A stretch of DNA of 48,617 nt from a virus (Duplodnaviria; Caudoviricetes): positions 1-48,617 of IMG/VR virus record IMGVR_UViG_3300031820_000007; one strand, given 5' to 3'. Each line of letters opens with the position of its first letter. The first letter of the stretch is position 1. Under the pieces are notes generated by a model. The model was not told the DNA's origin, did not search any database, and saw nothing but the letters and a program-made list of their open reading frames with translations. Position numbers and translations under genes: made by a program. Below are positions 9,574 through 19,447 of this stretch, one piece after another.

Positions 9574-11142
9574 ATGGGATCGTTCTTTCCATCTACACCC
9601 GCAAGTGCACCGCAAAACACGGAACAGATACCACCGACATCTCTCATGCAACTTGCGATGGCGGTGAGGCAGCAGAAGCAGGCGGAGGCCACCCAGCAGA
9701 AGTCAGAGGCCGCGGGGCGGTTGGATATGCTTCTGAAGAACCCTATCATGATGCAGATGATGGATCCCAAGATGATCGAGAAGGACTTTTCAATCTTGGG
9801 GTATAAGCTCGGCTCACCCGAGTCGATCGCCGCAGCGCAGGGGGAGGGGGGTGGTGGACCTTCGCCTGCAAGTCCTCAGCCACAAATCCCTACAGCGCAG
9901 ATAGCAAAGGTTGGTGCTGCAGCTCAGGGAAACGCCGCGGGTGCCCAAGCGGCCTCGCCTCCGAGCCCTGAAGCAGCGCGCCAAGCTCCTGGGGGTGGCG
10001 TCCAACCGGGCGGAATCGTCACCCCTGGGACTGGTCAGATCGATGCGTTGAAGAAACAGGCTGAGGACGGCTACGCGCAGAAGTTTGGGGCGCTGGCGCC
10101 GTTGTATCAGGGGGCGGAGTTGCAACGCAGGGCGGATCTGTTGAAGCAGCAGCATCAGGCTGAAGTCGATCAAGTAGCGTCCGACGCCGCGAAGGGGGAT
10201 CCACGCGCGATGGGGCGACTGATGATGCTCAGCGGTCATCCGATAACGGACGCCGATATGCGGGGGATGATCTTCTCCTCTAGCAATACGGTTAACGATA
10301 AGACACGGTCGCAGGCGTTAGACTTCGCGCTAGGGAATGAGACACCCGCGGATAGAGCAAAACGCTTCGCGGATATATACAAAACTACGTTGAGTAGTAA
10401 AGAACTGATGTCCTCACTCTCGGATCCCTCCGACGCGGCACGTTTCGCGCAATCGGTCGCGGATGGGAACGGGGTGCCGTCCGACATCCGTATGCAGATG
10501 CCGTTGGATGAGATCATAGAATCGAATAAGTTCCTGAACGACCTGATGGCTACAGGCGGGCTTTCCCTCAGGGACGCGATGATGGTAGCCGATCTACGCG
10601 CTAAAGGGTTTCCTTACTCCCAGTCGTTACCTGCCGCCGCGCACGGGTTGACGATACCACAGGAAAAGGCTCAGACGGAGGCTACCGCGGCATCAGGCGC
10701 GTATCTTAGTGGTGTGGGCGCCGAAGCCCGAGGGGAAGGGGAGCGGTTGAAGTATACCGCTGACGCTAACAAGATCATGACGGAGCTGGACAAGGATCCT
10801 GAGTTTAGCAGGAGGGTCACCCAGCTCATCAACATGGCGAGGTATAAAGTACCCATCCCATCCGAGCTGATGTTATCCATCCAAGATGAGCTCGCGTCGC
10901 GGTCTGGGTTAACTAAGGAAGCAGTGACAAACTTCTGGAACTATACCGTGGATCCGTTTAACGTGTTCGGGACGAAGTGGGGAACGAAGTACGTAGGGAA
11001 ACCGTCCGGTGCGTTGGATAACGAAGGGAAGCCGTCGGAGCAAGGTTCGGACCCGTATGGTTACCTACGAGGGTCCACCTCCAGCACGACGGATCAGGAG
11101 AAGAAATCCATCCAAGATATGTCGCAGTTCTTAAGGCGCTGA
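9574..11142 (+). CDS. Putative internal virion/ejection protein
   Basis: AAAGGAGG RBS before ATG 9574; helical and A/Q-rich; sits between the pilot and the SLT protein. Confidence 0.6.
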   Translation: MGSFFPSTPASAPQNTEQIPPTSLMQLAMAVRQQKQAEATQQKSEAAGRLDMLLKNPIMMQMMDPKMIEKDFSILGYKLGSPESIAAAQGEGGGGPSPASPQPQIPTAQIAKVGAAAQGNAAGAQAASPPSPEAARQAPGGGVQPGGIVTPGTGQIDALKKQAEDGYAQKFGALAPLYQGAELQRRADLLKQQHQAEVDQVASDAAKGDPRAMGRLMMLSGHPITDADMRGMIFSSSNTVNDKTRSQALDFALGNETPADRAKRFADIYKTTLSSKELMSSLSDPSDAARFAQSVADGNGVPSDIRMQMPLDEIIESNKFLNDLMATGGLSLRDAMMVADLRAKGFPYSQSLPAAAHGLTIPQEKAQTEATAASGAYLSGVGAEARGEGERLKYTADANKIMTELDKDPEFSRRVTQLINMARYKVPIPSELMLSIQDELASRSGLTKEAVTNFWNYTVDPFNVFGTKWGTKYVGKPSGALDNEGKPSEQGSDPYGYLRGSTSSTTDQEKKSIQDMSQFLRR

Positions 11143-11143
11143 T

Positions 11144-14100
11144 ATGCCAGACGGAAACGATCTACAGCGGTTCGATATCGAAGGGATGGCGAGGTCTTAC
11201 GGTCTCGATCCCGATATTATCCGCGCGCAGATCATAGCGGAGTCGAGTGGGAAGCAGTCTGCGCGGTCGCCGAAGGGTGCGGTTGGCCTTATGCAACTTA
11301 TGCCGGATACCGCTAAGCGTTTAGGCGTCGACCCTACTGATCCGGAGCAAAACCTACACGGCGGGATGTCAGAGATGCAGCGGCTTATGGGGAAGTATGG
11401 GAGCTACGGTAAGGCCCTAGCCGCGTACAATGCAGGTGAAGGTGCGGTGGATAAAGGTATCCTCCCTGCGGAAACACAGTCGTATGTGCAGAAGATACTT
11501 GGGGGGAGGAAAGGATCTGGTCCAACCGACGTAGGAGAGAAGCCGCAGAACTTCCTCGATATCGCAAAGTCGTTTCCACCTGATCTCTCAGCTAATACAT
11601 ACGATGCGGCACGCGAGCATTACTTTCGCTCCGTTATCGTACCACGTATGCAACCTGGAGAATCGTACACCGCGACGTGGGAAAAGTTCAAATCGATGAC
11701 CGAGAGGCAGCCGTTATTGACACCTTTTCAACGCGGTATGCTCATGCCGACCCTTGGGGCTACGTCGTTGGTTAGGACCGCGCTAGAGCCGTTAAAAGGG
11801 CTCGACCCTACCGGTTCCGCGACCTTACGTCGGATGTCGGAGGGTTTAGAGGATCAAGAAGCCAAGCTCACACGACTCGGCGAGCGCGAAGGGATCAACA
11901 CGATCGCACCCCGTCTTGCGGGCTCGCTCGGCGGTACCGTTCTCGACTTCGAAGCGCTGTCTACCGCCCTAGGCCCGACCGCTTCCTCTCTCTTTAGTAA
12001 TGCCGCTGGTGCAGGCCGCGTTGCACAGATAGCGGAACGTACCGCGAGGGGTGGTCTCGCCTTCGGCGCGCTGGACGCGTTAAACGAAGATCAAGGGAAT
12101 CGCTTTGTAGCGGGTGCCAAAGGTTTCGCGGTAGGGGCGGGGATCGACCTCGCACTAGGCACGGCGGGTCTACTCTTCAAACGTACGGGCGTGCCGAAGG
12201 AGATAGCGGATACACTCACGCAGCGCGCATCGATGGGGGAGAAGCTTCCGCCGCCGATCGATCAAGCTATCGCAGAGCAGACCGCGCACCAAGCGGAGAC
12301 GTCGAGGCTCGAAGGCCGATCTAACTTCTGGTCGTTCAACACAGGTGTGCCTGGTGCGCGGCTGGTAATAAAAGACGTCTCAGGTGCAACGGCGCCGATC
12401 GAGATCAAACCGAATAGGGAGTACGACGCTTACCGTCAAGCGATGAACGTGGTCAAGCAAGGCGGTTCTCTCGACCACATCGAGGTCCACCCTAACGATC
12501 AACGGCTTGCGAACGAATTCCTCCGTATCCAACAAGGAGTCGAAAGTGCTAAAGCCAAGTCAACGGTTGTGCGTACGGCCCCGGGGCAAGGCGTTACAGT
12601 CGCGGAGGCGGCAAATGCAGCAGGTCTTCCGGCCGAAGTGGTGGGGCAGGATACTGTACACGTTGCGACGGTGGAAGCTCGAGCACCCGGAGGAGGGACC
12701 GCAGAGCCCGCGGTAGCGCCCTCACCGAAGGTGGCTGCGCCGTCGAGCGAGGAGATAGAGGAGGTACTGCGCGCGAAGAATGTGTCAGAGCAGAATAGGA
12801 CCTTCCTCCAGAACCAGCTGGAAAAGATCTGGGATCCTGACATCCCGCCTGAGGATAAAGCCGCACGCATCAAAGCCGTAGCGAAGGTTGCGCCGGAGCT
12901 ACTCCCTGACGTCTACGGCAAGTCCTCACTACCACGCTCCGCCTCGGGCGGGCTCGATCTAGAGGGCGCAAAACGCAATATCGAAGCCGAAGGCCTCAAA
13001 TCCCTGGGGTACACACCTAATGTCCCGCATATATTCCCGCATTCTGAGTCTCCTAGTAGTCGCGTGCTGGCTTACGTCCAGTCTACTGATTTTGAGTCTG
13101 CTCGTACTGCCGCTGACCTGCTCAAACAGAAGTTGGGTAGTGCTTACGATATTCGCCCAATGGGCCCTTCTGGCCGTATTGGAGAGGTGCCGGTGAGTCA
13201 GGCGGAGCCGACAGAGTGGTGGGAGCAAGCGCAGAGGGAGGAGAAGCTCGAAGGCCTCCGCCGTAGCCGCTTCGCTGGCGATCGTATGACGTGGGATGAT
13301 ATCGAGCAGGAGGCGGATTTCAGGAATGTACCGAAGGGTGAGGTGGATTTTGAGAGTTTGGTCGGCAAGCCGAAGGCTACAGTGGAGAAAGCGCTGGATG
13401 CGACGAGGGCAAGGTTGTCGGATATGGCGACTGGTGAAGCCACAGCGCGCTCCGCGCCCACCGCTAAAGGTACCGACATCGACGCTGGTAAGGCGAAGGG
13501 CGGGCAGGGATCGCTCTTCAACCGCGTACCGCGCAATGAGATGTTCCCGATTGATCTACGAGAGGGGAAAGGGATCGAAGAGGCGATCGAGGACTCGGTC
13601 GGCGGCAAGTTCCTCCACCGCATGCCGGGTGAAGTTATCCTTCGGATAAGCCGACCAGGCATCCCGAAAGCGGTGATGGGGCCCGAGGAGATGGAGCGCT
13701 TTGTGCCTGGCGCGCAAGCGGCTGCTACGCCTGATATCCGTGAAGCGCTGCGCACAATGGGGGTTGAACTCCCCGATTCGATCGGTCAGGGTACGCCTGG
13801 TATTCTCTTACGAGATGATTGGGATAAGCCTACCCTCTGGCACGAGACGCTGCATGCCAACATGCATGCAGTGGGCCTCATGGATCATTTCCCCGTGCTG
13901 GTACCCGACGTCGACAAAGGTACCGCGTTAGCTATCGCTAAGGGGCTCACAGATGAATTTCCCGTGTACACCGCTCAAGGCGCGAACTCGATGATCAATG
14001 AGGCGTACACCCACGCGGCGCAGGCGTTTCGCTTCAACGATGTGGAGTATCTCAACTTCATGTCGAGGTTGGATACCGATCTCAAAACGGTAGCGAGGTT

Positions 14101-16426
14101 TGTAAACGGTACGTCACGCTCCATCCTTGACGTGATGGATATAGAAGGGTTAGAGTCTAAAGCCAAGCGTGATCTGCAACGTAGTGCGACAGATCTTCTC
14201 CGCCGCACGGACCGTAACGTTATGGGTCTCCTCTCGCACGCGGTGCACGAAACGGGTACAGGGATCGGTGCGTGGTTTGATCCGGCCCGCGGGTGGGTCC
14301 TGAAGGAGTCTGAGGAGTCCGAACGCACATTCAAGAACCTCAGCAAACTATGGGATCACCTGCTGATCTACGATCGGAACGATAGCAGTCCCTCGTACTC
14401 GTTCCTGCCGGATCGGGTGGGTGTGAAGGGGGGGTTAGCACCGCAGGGGTCGGCTCCAAACGGTGAAACCCCTCCTAATGCTGAATTACCGCGGGGGAAG
14501 GACACAGCGTGGACTGCGGTATCGGCCCTGTGGCGACCGATGCTACCGTGGGCTGCTTCGGCGGATGAAGCTATCAATAAGATCCTCCGGGTAAAAGGTC
14601 TCAAACTCGACATCTACGATAAAGTACGCGCGGTCGATACCGCGGATATGAAGGCGGGGCAGTGGAGACGTGACTGGATGCAGAAGGGGGCTGATATCCT
14701 CCAGCACCTGGATCAGGGTAAGATGAAGGACGTTATGGAGTACCTTACACACTCTCCCGTCGAGCGAACGAACAGGGTAGTGGCAGGTCTCAAACTCACA
14801 CAGGATGAGGTCCTGCGTGCGGAACAGTTTAGCGACCTGTTGGACAAGTTCGAAGAGGAGACTAACATCGGCACGAGGGAGTTCCTACGGTCGACCTATC
14901 CAAGACTACGCGGTGCGGGCTGGGATCCCTCTTTCGTGTGGGGGCCTGGGATCAACCCTAACAACCCAGGCTTCTGGGAGAAGGCGATCCGATACGATGG
15001 CACGCTTGAGCCACGCGACCTCCACGCCGGACGCTTCTACAACTTCCTCGTGGAGCAAGGTGTGCAGAAGAAGTTTACCGGGGAAGCGCTGTCCGATCTG
15101 AATAAGGTTATCAATACGAAGGTAGGGGATACTTATCTCGTCCCGAAGACGCTGCGGTATCCGTTGCAGAACTATCACAACTACATGAAGAACATCCCCG
15201 ACATGTCGATGAGCTTTATGAACGATACGCTTCAAGGCATGTTCGATAGGATTAACAAACGGATAGCAGCGGTTAACGAACACATGCCCGAGGGGCTGCA
15301 GATACCTCAGATGACAACGCCCCCACGTCAGTTACTGAATCGTTTTACCCTTATGTCGTACGTCGGTGGGATGGGCGCACGTCCCGCGGTGATGCTGCGT
15401 GACAGCATGCAGGCGCTTACAGGCGGGCTCACGGTTCTCGGGCCCGAGCGCTTCACCCGAGCGCTTCACGCTGCTATGACACCTGAAGCAGGCGAATTCG
15501 CACGTAAAGCAGGTGCGCTACTCGAAGGGAGCAATCCAGGTGAGCTCTACGGTGATATCTTTCGAGAGATGCCCCCAGGTGGTAAGGGTTGGTTCGACAA
15601 ACTGTCTCGTTGGTCAAATATGCTTCTTGCCCCTAGCCGATGGGGTCACAATTTCGGCCGACGGATCGTCTTTATGGGTGAGTACGCGGATTCGCTGGAC
15701 GCAATCCAGGACCTCCGAGCAGGGAAGATCTCTAGTCATGATCTTATGTATAAGACCACTTTACACTTTGCCGATGCGCCCCGGCAGGGTCAACTGATCA
15801 AGGAAGCGTTGGATGTGAGTAAGGACCCCACTGAAGTGGCGAAGAAGTTTGGGTTGGAGGCTGTGGACCTGACCCAGTTCCCGTACAGGCGTGGTACCCA
15901 ACCGTTGGCGCTGCGGTTTGGCGCAGGGAGGATTCTTGGACAATTTGGGGTCTGGCCTCTCAATTTCATCGACTTCTCGCAGCGACTGGGACGCAAGTTC
16001 GTTAATAATCCACAGTTTTACAGCTCACGGATCGCGACGTGGGCAGCCGTTAACTATGCGGCTTCATCCGCTATGGAGGCAGCCGGTGTGGACTCCTCGC
16101 GGTGGTTCTGGCAGAGCCCGATGGGGTTTGCTGGAAGTCCTCATATGCAGTTTGTGATGAACCTAATGAAGTCGCCTGAGAACTCCGAGCAGGGAAGACA
16201 AGCGCGGAAAGATGTACTAACGTATCCACTCGATTTCCTTCCAGCGGAGAACGAGATCCAGGGGATACTTACCTCTATCCAGGGTCAAGGCTTTGATGAA
16301 TGGCCGCCGTCCCACAGTACGCTCCTCCGCGCGCTGGGTTTCAAACCGTTGGTAGAGCATCAGTCAGACCGAGACTGGGAACAATGGGTGCGCTTCCAGC
16401 TCGGATTCAAACAGGGGAATCTATAA
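11144..16426 (+). CDS. Large ejection protein with an N-terminal lytic transglycosylase (SLT) domain
   Basis: SLT motifs AESSG, GAVGLMQLMP and ALAAYNAG in the first ~120 aa; internal HETLH (HExxH); 1760 aa. Confidence 0.85.
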   Translation: MPDGNDLQRFDIEGMARSYGLDPDIIRAQIIAESSGKQSARSPKGAVGLMQLMPDTAKRLGVDPTDPEQNLHGGMSEMQRLMGKYGSYGKALAAYNAGEGAVDKGILPAETQSYVQKILGGRKGSGPTDVGEKPQNFLDIAKSFPPDLSANTYDAAREHYFRSVIVPRMQPGESYTATWEKFKSMTERQPLLTPFQRGMLMPTLGATSLVRTALEPLKGLDPTGSATLRRMSEGLEDQEAKLTRLGEREGINTIAPRLAGSLGGTVLDFEALSTALGPTASSLFSNAAGAGRVAQIAERTARGGLAFGALDALNEDQGNRFVAGAKGFAVGAGIDLALGTAGLLFKRTGVPKEIADTLTQRASMGEKLPPPIDQAIAEQTAHQAETSRLEGRSNFWSFNTGVPGARLVIKDVSGATAPIEIKPNREYDAYRQAMNVVKQGGSLDHIEVHPNDQRLANEFLRIQQGVESAKAKSTVVRTAPGQGVTVAEAANAAGLPAEVVGQDTVHVATVEARAPGGGTAEPAVAPSPKVAAPSSEEIEEVLRAKNVSEQNRTFLQNQLEKIWDPDIPPEDKAARIKAVAKVAPELLPDVYGKSSLPRSASGGLDLEGAKRNIEAEGLKSLGYTPNVPHIFPHSESPSSRVLAYVQSTDFESARTAADLLKQKLGSAYDIRPMGPSGRIGEVPVSQAEPTEWWEQAQREEKLEGLRRSRFAGDRMTWDDIEQEADFRNVPKGEVDFESLVGKPKATVEKALDATRARLSDMATGEATARSAPTAKGTDIDAGKAKGGQGSLFNRVPRNEMFPIDLREGKGIEEAIEDSVGGKFLHRMPGEVILRISRPGIPKAVMGPEEMERFVPGAQAAATPDIREALRTMGVELPDSIGQGTPGILLRDDWDKPTLWHETLHANMHAVGLMDHFPVLVPDVDKGTALAIAKGLTDEFPVYTAQGANSMINEAYTHAAQAFRFNDVEYLNFMSRLDTDLKTVARFVNGTSRSILDVMDIEGLESKAKRDLQRSATDLLRRTDRNVMGLLSHAVHETGTGIGAWFDPARGWVLKESEESERTFKNLSKLWDHLLIYDRNDSSPSYSFLPDRVGVKGGLAPQGSAPNGETPPNAELPRGKDTAWTAVSALWRPMLPWAASADEAINKILRVKGLKLDIYDKVRAVDTADMKAGQWRRDWMQKGADILQHLDQGKMKDVMEYLTHSPVERTNRVVAGLKLTQDEVLRAEQFSDLLDKFEEETNIGTREFLRSTYPRLRGAGWDPSFVWGPGINPNNPGFWEKAIRYDGTLEPRDLHAGRFYNFLVEQGVQKKFTGEALSDLNKVINTKVGDTYLVPKTLRYPLQNYHNYMKNIPDMSMSFMNDTLQGMFDRINKRIAAVNEHMPEGLQIPQMTTPPRQLLNRFTLMSYVGGMGARPAVMLRDSMQALTGGLTVLGPERFTRALHAAMTPEAGEFARKAGALLEGSNPGELYGDIFREMPPGGKGWFDKLSRWSNMLLAPSRWGHNFGRRIVFMGEYADSLDAIQDLRAGKISSHDLMYKTTLHFADAPRQGQLIKEALDVSKDPTEVAKKFGLEAVDLTQFPYRRGTQPLALRFGAGRILGQFGVWPLNFIDFSQRLGRKFVNNPQFYSSRIATWAAVNYAASSAMEAAGVDSSRWFWQSPMGFAGSPHMQFVMNLMKSPENSEQGRQARKDVLTYPLDFLPAENEIQGILTSIQGQGFDEWPPSHSTLLRALGFKPLVEHQSDRDWEQWVRFQLGFKQGNL

Positions 16427-16437
16427 GGAGGTAAACG

Positions 16438-16761
16438 ATGAAATACGTTGGTAATCCGGTGGTAGTAGACGCGTGGGCGATAAAGAGCAAGAGGCAGGTG
16501 AATGTGAGCGGACTCCTCGAGCTTGTGATCGATAAGGACGGGGTGGATGAGGTATTTAGGCCCGAACTAGGCATGACGTCACGCTTCAGCCCCGAGCCTG
16601 GGGACTATCTCGTTCAGCAGGCGGACGGTTACCTCTACCTCAACCCGAAGGATGTTTTCGAGCGGAAGTACAGCAAGCAGGTTAGTATTGGCGGTGGTAA
16701 GGAACCTATTCCACAAGCACCGCAAGCGCAGCAGTCAACTACAGCAGGAAAGGGGAACTAA
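16438..16761 (+). CDS. Conserved phage protein (PGDY...DGY...PK.VF motif)
   Basis: AAGGAGG RBS; PGDYLVQQADGYLYLNPKDVFERKY. Confidence 0.7.
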   Translation: MKYVGNPVVVDAWAIKSKRQVNVSGLLELVIDKDGVDEVFRPELGMTSRFSPEPGDYLVQQADGYLYLNPKDVFERKYSKQVSIGGGKEPIPQAPQAQQSTTAGKGN

Positions 16762-16762
16762 C

Positions 16763-16942
16763 ATGGCATCAGTTGGAAGAGAACCCGACGGTAAGGCTAT
16801 CGCGGTCGACAAAGCGATCACGGATCCTAAAGACGGCTCGCACACCGCTCCGATCGGATGGGCCGTTACACAAGCAGCCGAAGTCGGCAACACGAAGATC
16901 GCGGGCGTCATTACGGAGCCGCACGGTACAGGGAAGGGGTGA
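16763..16942 (+). CDS. Hypothetical small protein
   Basis: ATG 16763 after AGGGGA; fills the gap between neighbours. Confidence 0.5.
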   Translation: MASVGREPDGKAIAVDKAITDPKDGSHTAPIGWAVTQAAEVGNTKIAGVITEPHGTGKG

Positions 16943-16945
16943 CAC

Positions 16946-17308
16946 ATGTGGTCGTATCGGCAGTCAACAGGAGAGTTGATCAGCCCTAAGGGCATCGTGG
17001 TTGCGACAGGATATTCGGGCGCCCCTGACGCTAAGAACAACCCTGCGATGGAGTCGTTTCACAACGTAGGCCCGATCCCGCGGGGCAGGTATACGATTAG
17101 CGCTCCTGTTGACACCGTTACACATGGGCCGTATGTGTTGCCGTTGCAACCCGACGTTGGTAATGAAATGTATGGGCGGCTGGGGTTCCTCATCCATGGG
17201 GATTCGAAGGTTGAACCCGGGAGCGCATCGGAGGGCTGCATGATCATGCCTGAGGCGGCGCGGAAGCAGATCTGGTTGAGTAATGACCACCTAGTGGAGG
17301 TGGTTTAA
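16946..17308 (+). CDS. Tlde1/DUF2778 L,D-transpeptidase-fold peptidoglycan enzyme; probable endolysin
   Basis: GYSG, GPIPRGRY and GFLIHGD...SASEGC (catalytic His/Cys) motifs. Confidence 0.8.
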   Translation: MWSYRQSTGELISPKGIVVATGYSGAPDAKNNPAMESFHNVGPIPRGRYTISAPVDTVTHGPYVLPLQPDVGNEMYGRLGFLIHGDSKVEPGSASEGCMIMPEAARKQIWLSNDHLVEVV

Positions 17309-17309
17309 C

Positions 17310-17531
17310 ATGCACGCCTTCGCAAACGTTACGTGGGAGTTACCTAAGGACGAACAAGGACGTATCGCGAACTGGACTGAGATCCAGGTCGCTTTGCTGA
17401 TGGATATCAGAAACGAACTGCGACAGCTGAACGAGATCCTTCGTTATCGTCCACCTGATACCGGAGCGGATAACTTACTAACGATACGTAAGGTCGCTGA
17501 CGTCCTAATTAATAAGGAGGGGTCAGGATGA
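17310..17531 (+). CDS. Hypothetical protein
   Basis: GGAGG RBS; ALLMDIRNELRQLN segment; ATGA overlap with the next gene. Confidence 0.6.
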   Translation: MHAFANVTWELPKDEQGRIANWTEIQVALLMDIRNELRQLNEILRYRPPDTGADNLLTIRKVADVLINKEGSG

Positions 17532-18835
17532 AGTTCCTCCTCATGTCCGGTGGTGGAGACGGGCTCGGCCTCGGCCTGCGGCTCAAACAAGAAGGCAACG
17601 ACGTCGGCGTCTGGATCAAAGAAGCTCCGTGCAAACCCAACTACGACGGCCTGCTCAGAAAGGTTGAGCACATCGATGACTTTCTCACGCCCGATACTAC
17701 TGTGGTGTTCGATTCAAACGGCGGTGGGCGTACCGCCGATCGCCTGCGTGCTAGAGGTCATCACGTCGCTACAGGTGGTACGTTCGCCGATCAGCTTGAG
17801 TTCGACCGCCCGTTGGCTTTTGAACTCATGCAGCAAGGAGGGGTTAGGTTACCTGTATACAAAGAGTTCGGGTCGTGGGATAAGGCACGAGCGTGGGTAA
17901 AGGAGAGGGGCAAGCGTCTGGCGTTTAAACCGTCGGGCGACACCGCCAAGCATCTGGGATCCTATCTTGCGTATGATGTAGATGATATGTTAGAGATGTT
18001 TGATAAATGGCAGGAAGAGGTGAGTGGTAAACCCGATTTCCTTCTCCAAGACTTCGTCGAAGGCGTGGAGATCTCGACCGAGGGGTGGTTCAACGGAGAG
18101 CGCTTCATGCGGCCGTTCAACCATACGATTGAGTCGAAGAAGCTGATGAACAACGACCTCGGTGCGTCGTACGGGTGCGCGGGGAACGTTGTGTGGACGG
18201 CTGATGAAGTCAACCCGGTGCTAACCCAAGGCCTACTCCTTATGGAGGACATCCTACGTGAACATGAGTATCTGGGCCCTATTGATCTTAACACCATCTG
18301 CAACGATGAAGGGGTGTGGGGGCTCGAGTTTACGCCCCGTTTTGGTTATGACGCCATGCCTGCTCTGTTGGAGCTTTTTGACGCTCCTGTGGGTGATACG
18401 TTGGCTGCACTTGCACGTAAGGAAGCTCCGGTGCGGTTACCTATGAGCGGGTCGCTGAATACATTCGCCAGCGCGCTTAAGCTGTCGATACCGCCGTATG
18501 GGTCCGAGCTCCGCGCGAAGGAAGGGACGCCTATACGTGGGTTCAGTAGAGCGGACAAACCTCACCTGTTTTTCGGTGATGTCATGCTGAATGAGAAGCT
18601 GCAGTTGATCAGCACGTCAGCGTACGGCTCCCTTATCACGATTACGGGGCGGGGCGACTCCATTACGGAAGCCTTCCGTGGACCGTACGAACTCGCAGAG
18701 AAAGCTAAGATCCCTAACAAGCAGTATAGGACGGATCTGGTGGAAAAGTTCGTAGGTCTCCGAGCCCGTCTGGATCCGTACCTCAAGGAGGAAGAAAGTG
18801 TTGCAGAACCTGCACGTACATCTAACGCTGCTTAA
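17528..18835 (+). CDS. PurD-like ATP-grasp ligase (phosphoribosylamine-glycine ligase-like)
   Basis: LEFDR, FKPSG, LLQDFVEGVEIS, ESKKL.N.DLG...G..G, YLGPIDLN, LEFTPRFG and QYRTD motifs. AAGGAGG RBS. Confidence 0.8.
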   Translation: MKFLLMSGGGDGLGLGLRLKQEGNDVGVWIKEAPCKPNYDGLLRKVEHIDDFLTPDTTVVFDSNGGGRTADRLRARGHHVATGGTFADQLEFDRPLAFELMQQGGVRLPVYKEFGSWDKARAWVKERGKRLAFKPSGDTAKHLGSYLAYDVDDMLEMFDKWQEEVSGKPDFLLQDFVEGVEISTEGWFNGERFMRPFNHTIESKKLMNNDLGASYGCAGNVVWTADEVNPVLTQGLLLMEDILREHEYLGPIDLNTICNDEGVWGLEFTPRFGYDAMPALLELFDAPVGDTLAALARKEAPVRLPMSGSLNTFASALKLSIPPYGSELRAKEGTPIRGFSRADKPHLFFGDVMLNEKLQLISTSAYGSLITITGRGDSITEAFRGPYELAEKAKIPNKQYRTDLVEKFVGLRARLDPYLKEEESVAEPARTSNAA

Positions 18836-19091
18836 CGTGCTCCGTTACGCGGCGTACTGGAACGGCTTCTGGAACGTTGTGTACGTTCTCATGCCACCGA
18901 GGGAGAACTTTAACTCACCTGCGTATAACAAGTTCCTCAATGTGATATCCTACTACGGTGGTCTCAATATCCGTAGCGTGATCATGCGGGTGTATGGGGC
19001 GGTGCCCGCTCCGCCGTCCACCCCTCCTTCTTCTAGCCCGCCTATAGTAGTAACACCAGACCCCAAATCTAACGGAGGCGTAAAGCCATGA
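18798..19091 (+). CDS. Hypothetical membrane-associated protein (possible lysis gene)
   Basis: AAGGAGG RBS before GTG; amphipathic/hydrophobic segments and a Pro-rich tail. Confidence 0.5.
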   Translation: MLQNLHVHLTLLNVLRYAAYWNGFWNVVYVLMPPRENFNSPAYNKFLNVISYYGGLNIRSVIMRVYGAVPAPPSTPPSSSPPIVVTPDPKSNGGVKP

Positions 19092-19447
19092 CGTTTAAGT
19101 CCTTGCTGAAAACGATAGGTGAAGACGCGTTGAAGGTGGTGGAAGCCGTGGAGAGCGGGCCTAAAGTGATCATCCAAGAGATGTCCGCGGGGCGTTCTGA
19201 CATCACCGCGTTCTTCGATCTGATCAAACAGAATGAGCGGATATGGGCGGCGGCTAAGGTCCCAGGCCTAACAGGGAGCCAAAAGCTCGCAGGTATCCTC
19301 CCCGACCTCACCGCGATGATCGGGGATGTGGAGATCCTCGTGGGGACGAAGATCTCCTCTAAAGTGAAGGACCAAGCGGAGTTCAACGCGGGGATCCACG
19401 ATCTAGGTAATTCCCTCGTTAGAATCCTCAATGCGTGCGGGGACTGA
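19088..19447 (+). CDS. Hypothetical protein, last gene of the + arm
   Basis: GGAGG RBS and ATGA overlap. Confidence 0.6.
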   Translation: MTFKSLLKTIGEDALKVVEAVESGPKVIIQEMSAGRSDITAFFDLIKQNERIWAAAKVPGLTGSQKLAGILPDLTAMIGDVEILVGTKISSKVKDQAEFNAGIHDLGNSLVRILNACGD

